NCBI GenBank assembly: GCA_021613535.1
Contig: CP075492.1
Location: 2,150,260 to 2,182,259 of the forward strand
DNA: 32,000 nucleotides
Direction: 5' to 3'
Source: Adineta vaga
Lineage: Eukaryota > Animalia > Rotifera
Shown: positions 1-10,017 of the stretch, one piece after another
Layout of the letters: each line of letters begins with the position of its first letter
Numbering within the stretch: position 1 is the stretch's first letter
Notes under the pieces: model-generated
What the model was told of the DNA's origin: nothing
The model's input: the letters and a program-made list of their open reading frames with translations, nothing else
Database searches by the model: none
Made by a program: the position numbers and the translations under genes

Positions 1-1141
1 GCGTGGCGATTTCATGCATCCGGATAGGAATGAGATGATCAGACGAGGCACGGCTAAGATCGCCAACATGGTTGGTGAAATGAGCAGATGCTTGTGTTGT
101 TTGATCTGTTCGCGTAGAATCTCCTTGTATGATTGCTTTTTATCGACTTTTGCTCGACGACGAGCGGCAGCGATGATGATGATCAACGCACAAAAGCAAT
201 TGGCCGCGAGTGGCACGAAGAAATGCAAGGCATTGACCACTCGATCGAACACTTCGATGGATGGTGTGTACTGAGCGATGCAGAACGTGCGCGACTCTTC
301 TTCATCGTCGACGAGACCGCGATGCAAAGGATCATGGATGTGTGTACCGACGGTGAAGAGCATGACGAATAGAATGACCCATTTCACGGTACGTTTACTC
401 TTGACTTTGTCGAATGTCACTCCTTGAACAATCGTCACTGCTCGTTCGATCGCCACACAAGCACTGAGCCAATCGCTACAGCTGAGCAGAACGCGAACAA
501 GAAAGTCCAGACAGCGACACTGACCACCGAGACTAGTACGGGTACGAAGAGTGCCGATCTGTGAGGCGATCAGTATGGCGAACTTGACGATTAGGACGTT
601 GATCATGATGAGTGAAATCACTGATGAAGCAAAAATATACAGACCACAGCTAGTGCTGGACGCGGTCTTCGCGCGGACGGTGATCATCGATAACACACTG
701 CTGAGGAATCCCACGGCGAACATCAACGTAGTCAGGGTGATGGTCATTTTGACAATGTACTTTTGATTGTCGAGTTTGACGTGCGGTCGAATTTGATAGC
801 CAAAGATGAGGTCCAAGGAAAGCGAAGATCCGTGAGTGGAAAGGTGACATCGCGAACCGACGTAACAATCTTGGCAGACACAGAACGACGATATTTGACA
901 GAGTTGATCATCTTGTAGGCATTGCCCGGCATTTTCACACGGTGAATGTCCACGGCAATCGTACGTCATGTTGTAATTGAACTTGAAGCAATTGGCTTGT
1001 CGCGAAGGCTCACAGATGCAGAAATGGTCGAAGTCATGAAAACACTGCAACGCGGACTGTTGCAGACAGGGCAGATGATAGAGTTTGATGCGCTTGATGA
1101 TGTGTTGATTGACAATGGTCGTGTTGAACAACTCGTCGATC
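1..1141 (-). CDS. EGF/7TM receptor (GPCR-like), C-terminal part, open at window start and truncated at its N-terminal side at ~1141
   Basis: Minus-strand reading (frame not fully listed as one ORF in the track) gives an EGF-like segment DCRGHSPCENAGQCLQDDQLCQISSFCVCQDCYVGSRCHLS, then hydrophobic TM segments and ...VHIHDPLHRGLVDDEEESRTFCIAQYTPS...KHLLISPTMLAILAVPRLIISF. This aligns by eye with the receptor at 26081-30990 (VHDPLHRRLLYDEFERRTWCVVSYSS... KHQHLIISPIVLVLLKVPRVIIAF). Coding similarity stops at a TGTGGG-like tract. Confidence 0.75.
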
Positions 1142-1162
1142 GGTGGGTGGATGTGGGTGTGT
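1142..1162 (+). repeat. Interstitial telomere-like tract, G-rich on +
   Basis: ggtgggtggatgtgggtgtgt. Confidence 0.6.
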
Positions 1163-1260
1163 TTAAAGAAATCAAACTACCACAATCTAGATTTCGATTC
1201 CTATTTAACAGAATCGTTCATCAGGTGGTAAAGAAATTCTGCAATATCAGTAAACTAAAG
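1152..1260 (+). repeat. 109-bp segment duplicated in inverse orientation at 9883-9991 (copy 1)
   Basis: tgtgggtgtgtttaaagaaatcaaactaccacaatctagatttcg...cagtaaactaaag matches the reverse complement of 9883-9991 with ~1 mismatch seen. Confidence 0.85.
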
Positions 1261-1463
1261 AAAATCTTTTGAAATTTCGTAGATTTTTAGAAAGTTTTCA
1301 AGAAATGACTGCATAGAATGTTACATGGGCGAAAAAAGTAAATTCTATTAAAAGGCAAAGACATATAAACAGGGCGTATGAATTGATATGCAATTGTTTA
1401 AACGGTCATTTAATTAAAGAGAGGGCTTAATATTGGTCTTTGTGATGGCGGCTTTTATTTCTA

Positions 1464-2039
1464 TTATGGGATGGAATTGTGATAGCCGTAGTAGAAAAGA
1501 ATTTGTTGAATTGTTTGGAAGGGAAGTATGAGATGTTTTGGTTTTTCTGTTGCTTTCTTCGATGGATATTGTTTATAACCATGTAATTTTGATAGGAATC
1601 GGCCGAATTCTAGACAGTTAAAGTCTCCTCTAATATAGTCATTCCATGGCAAAATATTTTGGGTAACTTTGTAATTACAACATGTACCAGTAATTGTGTC
1701 GAGAAATCGAGTTCTTTTATTGATTTTGTTCTTAAAAATAATTTGTATATATAATTCTTTTAGAGGGTATAATGGATTTATTTCTTGGCCGACACAAAGA
1801 TATTGTATTTCTTCATCATAAAGTTCTTGTCGAATATAATTCATAATAGTGTGTTTTGAAGTAGTAGTCCATGATATAATAGCTGATGATTCTGAATTAT
1901 GTTGAATTGGCTCTCGAAGAGAAGATGGTGGTGGCTCTTGTAGATTAAATTGACATAGGTTAGCAATAGTTGGTCGATCAAGATCAGCATATTTACTGTA
2001 CCAAGATTGACAATTAGGCTTTTTATCTGTTTGATCGAC
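1464..2039 (-). CDS. Uncharacterised protein, large 3' exon (VDQTDKKPNCQSWYSKYADLDRPTIANLCQF...MNYIRQELYDEEIQYLCVGQEINPLYPL...)
   Basis: ORF 1464..1844 extends upstream without stop to a splice-acceptor-like CAACTTACAG at ~2040. No family recognised. Confidence 0.45.
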   Translation of the reverse strand, partial: VDQTDKKPNCQSWYSKYADLDRPTIANLCQFNLQEPPPSSLREPIQHNSESSAIISWTTTSKHTIMNYIRQELYDEEIQYLCVGQEINPLYPLKELYIQIIFKNKINKRTRFLDTITGTCCNYKVTQNILPWNDYIRGDFNCLEFGRFLSKLHGYKQYPSKKATEKPKHLILPFQTIQQILFYYGYHNSIP

Positions 2040-2598
2040 TGTAAGTTGAAAAGATGTTTACATTGTAAATTCTGATGATTTTTTGATGAATAGGGTCAAG
2101 TAGTTAGATCTTAGATGATAAGATGTAGGTTAATTGTGTTTTCGAAGCTTAATTTTTGATGGAAGTTGTTGTAATATACATATATATCTAGAGAGGGAAC
2201 GATGGCAAAAGATCAATTCATGTCTACAAGATTTAAGGAATGTTATATTGATTAATACATTTCTAGTCTAATGAAAATAGTCTATAGGACGTATGTTTTC
2301 GTAAAATAAAGATGGTATGCATGATCTATAGAAGTGGGTATTATTATGAGGTAAATTGTTGGTTTTCGGAATATAAAGAATCGTAAGTACCATTATTTAC
2401 GCCATAAGTACTCTGTAAGTGTTTGGAATCATCCATGCTGTGTTGTTTGTTTGTTAGATCTTGAGTAATTTTATCGATTCGAACATTAATTGAATCTATA
2501 TGTGAACGATTGCATTTTTTTCGAGTGTTTACCGTACCACTATACTCTATAATAAATTATACATCAAAGTGAAAGGGTGAAGAAAATGACTGAGAAAT

Positions 2599-3006
2599 CT
2601 AGTCACCTGTATCTAATGTTAAGTTTCGTCGCGTTTTTTTATGAACCAAAGAACGATAGAAATATGAAAGTATAATTGCAAAGAATATTACTAGCAGAAT
2701 ACAGGCAATAATAGTTTGGTGATGTTGAGTTTTTAGAGTGTGTAGGAATCGGTCAATGCTCGTTGATGATTCTGATATATCCGTTATTGAAGATATTTCT
2801 GAATTAGTTGGTGTGCCCATTATCCATGATGTCGTTGTAGAAATTTGTGTATCTGATTTTGGTTCAACCACTTGAACATTGTAGTGTTCTAAGTTCTGTA
2901 GAAAATCGGCGGTTGAAGAAAAGTTAGTCTTTAACATGTTCGCTCGTGGTCTATATTCAAATTGAAGTTGACCATTCATCATAACAAGATTCTTCAATGA
3001 ACTCAT
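2599..3006 (-). CDS. Uncharacterised single-pass transmembrane protein, possibly a 5' exon of the gene at 1464-2039
   Basis: ORF with hydrophobic segment TIIACILLVIFFAIILSYFYRSLV followed by a basic stretch. Linkage to the downstream exon is inference. Confidence 0.4.
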   Translation of the reverse strand: MSSLKNLVMMNGQLQFEYRPRANMLKTNFSSTADFLQNLEHYNVQVVEPKSDTQISTTTSWIMGTPTNSEISSITDISESSTSIDRFLHTLKTQHHQTIIACILLVIFFAIILSYFYRSLVHKKTRRNLTLDTGD

Positions 3007-3388
3007 ATTTGTAATTGTTTAATATCAATGAAGTGAAAAGGAAAAGGAAAAATCTAAAATAGAAAGAAATATCCTTAAATCGGAAGAAAAAAAATCTGAA
3101 CAAAGACTAAGCGATAGAAAAGAAGAGTGTCTACTATATGTAAAAGTTCTATTTTCAACAAAAAAAACAAAGATATTTGTGATAGGATTGTATTTTACGA
3201 TTATTTATTATGTCTACATTTCATACTACAATGTTAGTAAGATAAATAATAACGTTTTGTTATTCTAAGAATATAATGTATATAGTTTGATGTATGTTGT
3301 TATTATAGATTCAATCTATATTATTTCATAAACATCGCTGATTCTCGTCTTTTTGTGACGTTTTGTCAGATGGTTCTGGTATTGTAAT

Positions 3389-3586
3389 CTAATTATGAAT
3401 AAAAAGATTCATTTCTCTTAGAAGGCTAGATTCAATATGTTTGAACTTATGAATACGTACCTTCACGTCTGTTTCGACTTTTTTCTCTGATTCTTTTGTT
3501 TTTACAGGAGCTTCGCTGAGACTCTGCTCTTCGCAATATTGGTTCCCCTGGCGTTGTTGTTCTAAAGTCATCGTTGTACTATTCAT
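3389..3586 (-). CDS. Small uncharacterised ORF, possibly an exon
   Basis: 65-aa ORF MNSTTMTLEQQRQGNQYCEEQSLSE...; weak support. Confidence 0.2.
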   Translation of the reverse strand: MNSTTMTLEQQRQGNQYCEEQSLSEAPVKTKESEKKVETDVKVRIHKFKHIESSLLREMNLFIHN

Positions 3587-4288
3587 TTCTTTTGATTCGT
3601 AGTTATTAATAGAGATCAGGTTGTCGGAAATGCAGTTATCTGTTGTTTGGGCCCCTCTGAATCTTACTATCGTTTTCTCTTTTGCAATTTCGATTTTAAA
3701 GTATTCTACCGGTTTCGACCTTGTCCAAGGGTCTCATCAGATGGATTGTGTCTGTCTCCTGACTTTTCGCAGTGCTCAACTACTTAAATAGTAACGATCG
3801 TTTTTGATACTGATAAGATATTCAAAAATAACGTTCTCATGTTTAACACAAAATAAGAGAAGAATATTCAAAGGATCAATAGACAAGTACATGGAAAAGC
3901 AAAATAGTAACTTCTCATCGAAACCGGTCGGCTACGTATAGCCATGGAAAGTCTCGTCTTCACCTTTGATATAAGATAATGAAAAATAGTCATCGACTTT
4001 ATTCTTAGCTTCCTTTTTATTAAATGAAATAAAACTGATCGATAACAGAAAAAGTTACTTTTTCGACGAATTATCATTTGTCTGTGGTGTTAAATCGACA
4101 TAATACTATTTGTTTGTCGATGTCGATGTCGATGTAGTAACACCGAGCCTTTTCGATTCTTCTTTTGCTTCATCTTCATCTCGTTGTCTACGTTCTGCTG
4201 GATTACCAACATCGATCTAATTAATACAGAAATAGTTCAATACTTCATATTTCTCATAAAAATTCTTTTCTACACATCTTACCCATTG

Positions 4289-4776
4289 TCATGGAAGTTC
4301 TTCTTCCATGTACACATTGAGATACCAATTAATGTAATCCTCCAATATCCGAGGATTATTTAATCTCGGATTTGAAGGTGTTAATCCATAGTATCGCCGA
4401 TACATTGGTGAATAAAAGAATTGACTATTAGCCGACACCAATGGAGTTCCCTACAGGATAGAAGTAGTATGAAACAAGTTCGATTCCAAAATTCATGTTT
4501 ATTCAAAGTTGTCCTTACCACTGTTCCTTCTCGTTTTTCACCATCAGGTCTGCTGCTTGATGGCCTGTGACCTGAAACAAGGCTTGGTTCAGGTGATGTT
4601 GATATCTTTTGTGGTACTTCTTCATGGCATTTTAAACCAGAAGAAGACCGAGTGACGGCTTCATCAGATAGTCTTCTGATTATAGGCCGTCTTCTTGCTG
4701 CTCTTGATGGCATAAGACCATCGAGAAGCCGTTTGGCCAATGGTTTGTGGTCGACTGACTTCTCGCGGCTAGGCAT
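4289..4776 (-). CDS. Uncharacterised two-exon protein (MPSREKSVDHKPLAKRLLDGLMPSRAARRRP...GEKREGTV|GTPLVSANSQFFYSPMYRRYYGLTPSNPRLNNPRILEDYINWYLNVYMEEELP*)
   Basis: Exons 4519-4776 and 4289-4450 joined in phase 0 with donor GTAAGG and acceptor ...CCTGTAG; stop TGA at 4289-4291. Confidence 0.5.
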
Positions 4777-4963
4777 ATCTGACGAGTAAATATTTATACT
4801 TAAATCTAAAGTATAAAGCAAAAATATAATATATCTCTATGCTCTACATCGATACAAGAGTACGTCATGCAACTTTATTTCAGTCTGACAACTAACAAAT
4901 GATCATGCAAAAACGAACACATACAATAATAAAAAGAAAAGAAAACACTACTTCAGATCGACT

Positions 4964-5147
4964 GTTCAACGTCTGTTGCTTCCATTCTGGTCAATAATGA
5001 TGCCGAAGGTTTCTTTCGAACAAACAGATCATTCAAAGATGGATTCGTCAATGCTGTTATCATGACACGTACATCTTTGACAGCTGATCCTTTGTAACCA
5101 TAATATTTCGTCCATAATTTCCGAAATTGTCGATTGAAATCCTTCGA
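4964..5147 (-). CDS. C-terminal fragment of an unknown protein, N-terminally cut at a telomere-like tract
   Basis: Minus-strand reading SKDFNRQFRKLWTKYYGYKGSAVKDVRVMITALTNPSLNDLFVRKKPSASLLTRMEATDVEQSI*. Upstream of S it runs directly into CACACCCACACCCACACCCTCA. Confidence 0.4.
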
Positions 5148-5171
5148 TGAGGGTGTGGGTGTGGGTGTGTC
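5147..5171 (+). repeat. Interstitial telomere-like tract, G-rich on +
   Basis: atgagggtgtgggtgtgggtgtgtc. Confidence 0.75.
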
Positions 5172-5301
5172 ACGTCGTTAGATTCCGTAGAATGAACGAA
5201 TATATTTAAGTAAATATATGAAGAGTTCTTTATTAGGAATGAACCGAAATAGATGAAGATAGAGAATGAGAAAGAGAGAACCAAAGGTATAGATGTGTAG
5301 A

Positions 5302-5354
5302 TACATACATGTATAGATAAACGTAACTATATATATATGTATGTATGTATAGGA
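5302..5354 (+). repeat. (ATGT)/(TA) microsatellite-like low-complexity region
   Basis: acatacatacatgtatag...tatatatatatgtatgtatgtatagg. Confidence 0.7.
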
Positions 5355-5438
5355 AAAATCCAAGAACGAAAGGAAAACACATATATCATATATAGAAAAG
5401 TCCTTCTGTATGTAAAGGAATATACCATATACATCACA

Positions 5439-5511
5439 GGGTGGGTAGTGGTGTGGGTGCGGGTGTGGGTCACACTATACTTTTAACCCACAAACACACC
5501 ACACCCACACT
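5439..5511. repeat. Facing pair of telomere-like tracts (G-rich 5439-5470, then C-rich 5487-5511)
   Basis: gggtgggtagtggtgtgggtgcgggtgtgggt + cacactatactttta + acccacaaacacaccacacccacac. Confidence 0.7.
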
Positions 5512-5894
5512 CTGAGTACCTAGACGAAATAGAACGTAGGTATAGAAACGAAAGAAAATGATGATCGAGATAGTTATATGTTCAAAACAACACATTTTCA
5601 ACGACAATATATATTGGTATGAAAGAAATGAAGATTTACTCTTTTCTTTGACAATTGAATGGAGCAAAGCCAGCAATTATTACTCAAAAATGTCTGACCA
5701 ATATTGTCCATCGAGTAGAAACAATATTAAATGATTTATATTACTTGAAATGCATCAGTCATGTTCAACATACAATGACCGATGTCAATCATGCACAAGT
5801 TTAACTGAATTATTTATATTTTATACCTAAACTGATCTAGTAGGCCTCTTCTTCTAAACTATTTTTTTATTCTTCTCTATTCTTTTGATAATTA

Positions 5895-6074
5895 GAAACT
5901 AGTTATGGCAGCCTACTCACAACTCTGCCAAATGAATTTACTCTTACATTTGATTTGAATAAATCAGTGTAACAATGTAAATTCGTCTTTGTTTTGGATT
6001 TTTAATTCAAAATATATAAGTCATTCGTCAATCGCCTTAGCCAGCGTGAAACTAGTTATGGCAGCCTACTCACA
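5895..6074. repeat. 27-bp direct repeat GAAACTAGTTATGGCAGCCTACTCACA (5895-5921 and 6048-6074)
   Basis: exact match of two copies 153 bp apart. Confidence 0.85.
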
Positions 6075-6449
6075 TCTTCAAGATAGCTGGTGGAAACACT
6101 CTGAAGTTTATCAGAAAGTAACTGTGAGCAACACTATAGCATCTCGGTATACCAAATACTCGCCAGAACGGGCTCCGTCTTAATTTTTCTCAGCTGTATT
6201 ACTATCTTAGCATCGGGACGTAGACTCTTTAAGAATGAAAGAGGCCAACTTTTCTTTCAAGTTCCAGGTTTATTGCTGTTGAAGTCAATAAAGGAAAAAA
6301 GACACTACACATAAACATATCTTGGTTAAAATAAAACGCGACAATGAACAGCGAGGGAAAAAAATCGTTTTAATTGGTTTTTTGATTTGTGGATGACGGA
6401 TTATGATACAGAGCAAGTGGAGCAAGCACTTAGAACTAGTAATTTTATT

Positions 6450-7142
6450 TCAATTAACATCCTCATCCCATACAGTAGCAATGGCTCCTTCGTAATCTGT
6501 GCAATCTATAGAACCATATCCGCCATTCCTCAACGATTCCACCAACTCCTTCTCGCATCTATCGCCATCTTCTTTACATTGTTCGCATTCATCGTCGCGA
6601 TTGTGCTCATTTTGAAAATAATCGACCGCTGCATCTATTTCAGAGTCCAGAGATTCACTCACATTGATATAAAACACTCTATGATACCTCCCAGCTTCTC
6701 CAACCTCTTCTATCTTGGAAAAAAACAGTGTTTTAGTTCCAGGTTTGACCAAAATCCGTAAGCAATATGCTTGATCGTCTCTACCAATAGTATCATAGCA
6801 GAAAGCTAAAGTTCCATCTTTGCAAATAAGTGCTTTTTCGATCTGCGAATCTTCTTTCCTCATTTTCTTCTTGATATGAGACGTATTCCATCCATTATGT
6901 TCATCGCTTTTTTGGATCGCCAGATCCTTATTCTTGTAAATTCCTAAAACGTGACCTCCATGATACCCGTCAGATCTCCATGCAACAAAAAGAGCCATCG
7001 ATGAATAAATGTTAGAGATGATTGTGTTGAGACGGTGGCTGAGACCGAAGAAGGTATAGTAAAGATCGGCTGAAGCGAGGTAGCTAAAAAGAATTTGTAG
7101 GAGCTCAACTGATAGAGCTTGTTCGAAAGTTGTAGGTGGCAT
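6450..7142 (-). CDS. F-box-like protein
   Basis: Intact 230-aa ORF beginning MPPTTFEQALSVELLQILFSYLASADLYYTFFGLSHRLNTIISNIY, an F-box-like N-terminus (L..ELL..IFSYL...DL...F.GLs.Rln). Confidence 0.6.
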   Translation of the reverse strand: MPPTTFEQALSVELLQILFSYLASADLYYTFFGLSHRLNTIISNIYSSMALFVAWRSDGYHGGHVLGIYKNKDLAIQKSDEHNGWNTSHIKKKMRKEDSQIEKALICKDGTLAFCYDTIGRDDQAYCLRILVKPGTKTLFFSKIEEVGEAGRYHRVFYINVSESLDSEIDAAVDYFQNEHNRDDECEQCKEDGDRCEKELVESLRNGGYGSIDCTDYEGAIATVWDEDVN

Positions 7143-8144
7143 TTTCTTTTTTTGACCTAAAAGGAAAGTGAAAAGAGTCTAATGACGCGTAGACGAATAT
7201 TTTCTGAATAAAGCTGATAAGCGTAAGAAGGGGAAATGAAGATTTCATCAAGTAGATTATTCTGTTTCATGAACCGCACGTCCGAGTTTCGAGAGAACTG
7301 AAGTTTAGAGCTCCAAATTTGAAGTCTTCTTGTATCTAAGTGAGTTTTTTGTGTAGAGAAAAAAAGAGGATGACACGAACGAGCGGCTATCTTTCATGTT
7401 CAGGAAGGAAAATCGTACGTACCGTAGTTCCTGGGATTACCGCGCCTGTTTGAGTTCATCTATCTACTATAAAGCGTCGCTTTAATAAATAGGCGCGCTA
7501 GCAGAAAGAATGAATGCGAGAAACACACTGATAGATATAGATACAGTTGATAGGAAAGAATGAATAGTCGTTGTGCAAGAAGTAGAGAGAAAAGATAACA
7601 CGTAGGGAGAAAGAAAGGAGGTAATGAAGGTTGAATAAGGGTTTTCCAAGAAAAAGAGCGATGGAGACGAAAGCGAAAGGAAGGACATAGAAGGCCGAAT
7701 TGAATCATTACAGTATGAGATCTAACTTCACGAGTAACTCGAGTTTGATGTAAGCTCGTGACTACCCATTTTGCACCTAAAAGTCAGTTCTCAAGCTGAA
7801 GTGCTTGCGGAACTTATGAAAATGAGAGTCTAGAATGCATTAGTGAAGGATGTTTTGCAGAAAACCTCGCAGTCAATGACATTCATTAATACACCTGAAT
7901 GAATATCACGGTGAATTTAAGAAAGGTTCTGTAAAAAAAAACCTACTATAAACAAAGGTAAAAGTTGCATCGGATGATAATACGTTCTCCATACTTTCAC
8001 GCAACGGCTCAAATGATAGCGCGCTGAAACGGAAAGAACAAAATCCTTCCTTTCAAGCCTTGAAAGTACGATAAGACGGGCACTTACTTCGTTAGTTGGC
8101 ATAGAAGGTGACAGACAGTTGTATTCAAACATAACTAAATAATT

Positions 8145-8822
8145 TTGATATCAAGAAAATATAATGTTCAACCATATAAAATGTTTTTAATCTATCAAGA
8201 GTTTCTTGATACTTTTGCAAATCAGCATGATTGGAATGAATGTCAATATCCACACCCACACCCACACCCTCAAGATAGTTCATTTCATATGAAGCAGGCG
8301 ATAAAACGTGTATGGATAAAGCGTGGTGAAAAATATTATGTGTCAACAGTGAAGCATCCTGTCAAAATTCACGTTTGGGGCTGTTTTAGTAAATATGGAT
8401 TTGGGAAATTGATTTTATTCAAACAAACGTTGAATTCAGAATTTATGTGCAAAATTTACAAGAATGGACTATTGCCATCGGTAAATAAATGGTTTGGTGA
8501 TAATAGTTGTGACTGGAAATTATTAGAAGGTAATGATCCGAAGCACACTTCAAAATTTAGTAAACGATTCAAGAGTAACAATTCTATAGAATCATCACCA
8601 TGGCCCTCGCAATCTCCCGACTGTAATCCAGTAGAAAATGTTTGGTCACTAATGAAGCTCAAAATAAACAATCGGCCACTTACATCAGTCAACAACTTCT
8701 GCAGAAGAATAAAAAAAGAGTGGAAAAACTTATCTATTGAATTTTCTGAAAAATTGGTACTTTCTATGGAAAATAGAATAACGTTATTAATTCAAAGAGA
8801 AGGCGACTATATTAATTATTGA
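8145..8822 (+). mobile_element. Tc1-like (IS630/Tc1/mariner) transposase, 5' truncated and interrupted by a telomere-like tract
   Basis: DSSFHMKQAIKRVWIKRGEKYYVSTVKHPVKIHVWGCFSKYGFGKL...LLEGNDPKHTSKFSKRF...WPSQSPDCNPVENVWSLMK; NDPKHTS and SPDxNPxENxW are classic Tc1 DDE-region motifs. Confidence 0.85.
8250..8273 (+). repeat. Telomere-like tract inside the transposase ORF, C-rich on +
   Basis: tccacacccacacccacaccctca, read as PHPHPHP. Confidence 0.8.
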
Positions 8823-9327
8823 GATGATGTACATACAATGTAGTTTCTATAAATAAAATATTAAAAAATAACTCCTTTGTCTTGTCGATTTTTTTCGTCG
8901 GGTCCACTTATGGCGGCGGGTGCAAGTCTATTAAGAATTTGTTTTAAAACGACCGACTTATGACAGAATACTGTAGTTGTCAGGAAAGTATAAAACAAAA
9001 CTATTTGCACAATTATAAATACAACAACAGAATTCTGTCAAATTTCTATATTGGTAGTCACAGACACAATATTCATTTTTATGTGCGTTGTCCCAAATAG
9101 AATTCTGTTGGTGTTTTTTCATTTTAAAAAAGAATTCTGCAACTGCTGCTAAATGAAAGATTTTTTTTGGAACAATAATGCTCTTTAAAAAGTCATAATT
9201 AATGATATTATAAAGTTTTATTCTTTTTAAAAATTATTAAATTCAATGTTCTTGAAGATCTTCTTTGAATTCTGAATTCTTGCTGAATTACGTAGATTTT
9301 GCTTAAATAATAATAATATCATGTGAA

Positions 9328-9991
9328 TTAAACTGGTGAATTGGTTTGTTCAACCATTGCTATTACAGGTGGCTGTGTCGTTAATGTATATAAGGGTGGG
9401 AGATTAACTGTAGAAGCTTCATATGATGGTGGTACTGTCGATTCATATTTGGATGGAAGTTCAGCAGATGCAATTCCATATGAGGGTGGTGATGCTTCGT
9501 ATATACTAGTGATTAGTGATGCAGGACTGATATTATAAAGAGATGGTATATAAACATTTCCTGTTGGTTTTCGTACAGGCTGTTGTTGATTTGGATGTCT
9601 TACTCTTTGATTGTTACTGGTAACCATAGAAGAATGTGAACGTTGTTGTTTATGTCTGAAATGCGTGGCCAAGCACACACATACACAAATGAGAAACATA
9701 AAACCTGCCACACTGCTGGACGTAATTGCTATATTCTTTGATGATAGTGAAGTTTTTGCTGGTAATGTTGAAAATCTTGGAAAAGGCTTTACTGCTTGAA
9801 TAATACTGTAAATAGATCTACATGAACGGGAATGTGTTTCACAAACTTCAGTGACTATCAGAAACGAGTATAGAAATAAAAGCTTTAGTTTACTGATATT
9901 GCAGAATTTCTTTACCACCTGATGAACGATTCTGTTAAATAGGAATCGAAATCTAGATTGTGGTAGTTTAATTTCTTTAAACACACCCACA
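9328..9991 (-). CDS. Fragment of a single-pass transmembrane protein with PPxY-type motifs, N-terminally cut at a telomere-like tract
   Basis: VFKEIKLPQSRFRFLFNRIVHQVVKKFCNISKLK...ITSSSVAGFMFLICVCVCLATHFRHK...SPPSYGIAS...VPPSYEASTVNLPPLYTL; the N-terminus of the tool ORF (MNTRVRVWVGEGVG) is just the translated telomeric tract. Confidence 0.55.
9883..9991 (-). repeat. 109-bp duplicated segment (copy 2)
   Basis: see copy 1 at 1152-1260. Confidence 0.85.
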
Positions 9992-10017
9992 CCCTCACCC
10001 ACCCACACCCTCACCCT
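9983..10017 (+). repeat. Interstitial telomere-like tract, C-rich on +
   Basis: acacccacaccctcacccacccacaccctcaccct. Confidence 0.85.

Noticed and set aside
946-1272. 108-aa + strand ORF
   Set aside because: Antisense to the recognisable receptor fragment; only its last ~35 residues reflect real coding sequence of the duplicated 109-bp segment.
3700-3746. Minus-strand hammerhead-like motif CTGATGAGACC...GGTCGAAACCGGTA
   Set aside because: Core boxes, a 4-bp stem II and a GUA triplet can be read, but flanks ATCCAT and GAATAC do not form stem I. At best it is a decayed remnant of the same family.
3915-3945. CGAAACCGGTCGGCTACGTATAGCC, sharing the GAAAC..GGTC box with a following small hairpin
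   Set aside because: No CUGAUGA-type box in a compatible upstream or circularly permuted position.
5060-5363. Overlapping minus-strand ORFs rich in Tyr, Ile and His
   Set aside because: Mostly translated microsatellite (TA/ATGT) and telomeric repeats (PHPHPH).
5895-6074. 27-bp direct repeat as transposon terminal structure
   Set aside because: Direct, not inverted, with no coding content between copies; kept only as a simple repeat.
6387-6761. 124-aa + strand ORF with hydrophobic stretch
   Set aside because: Antisense to the intact F-box-like ORF; no family resemblance.
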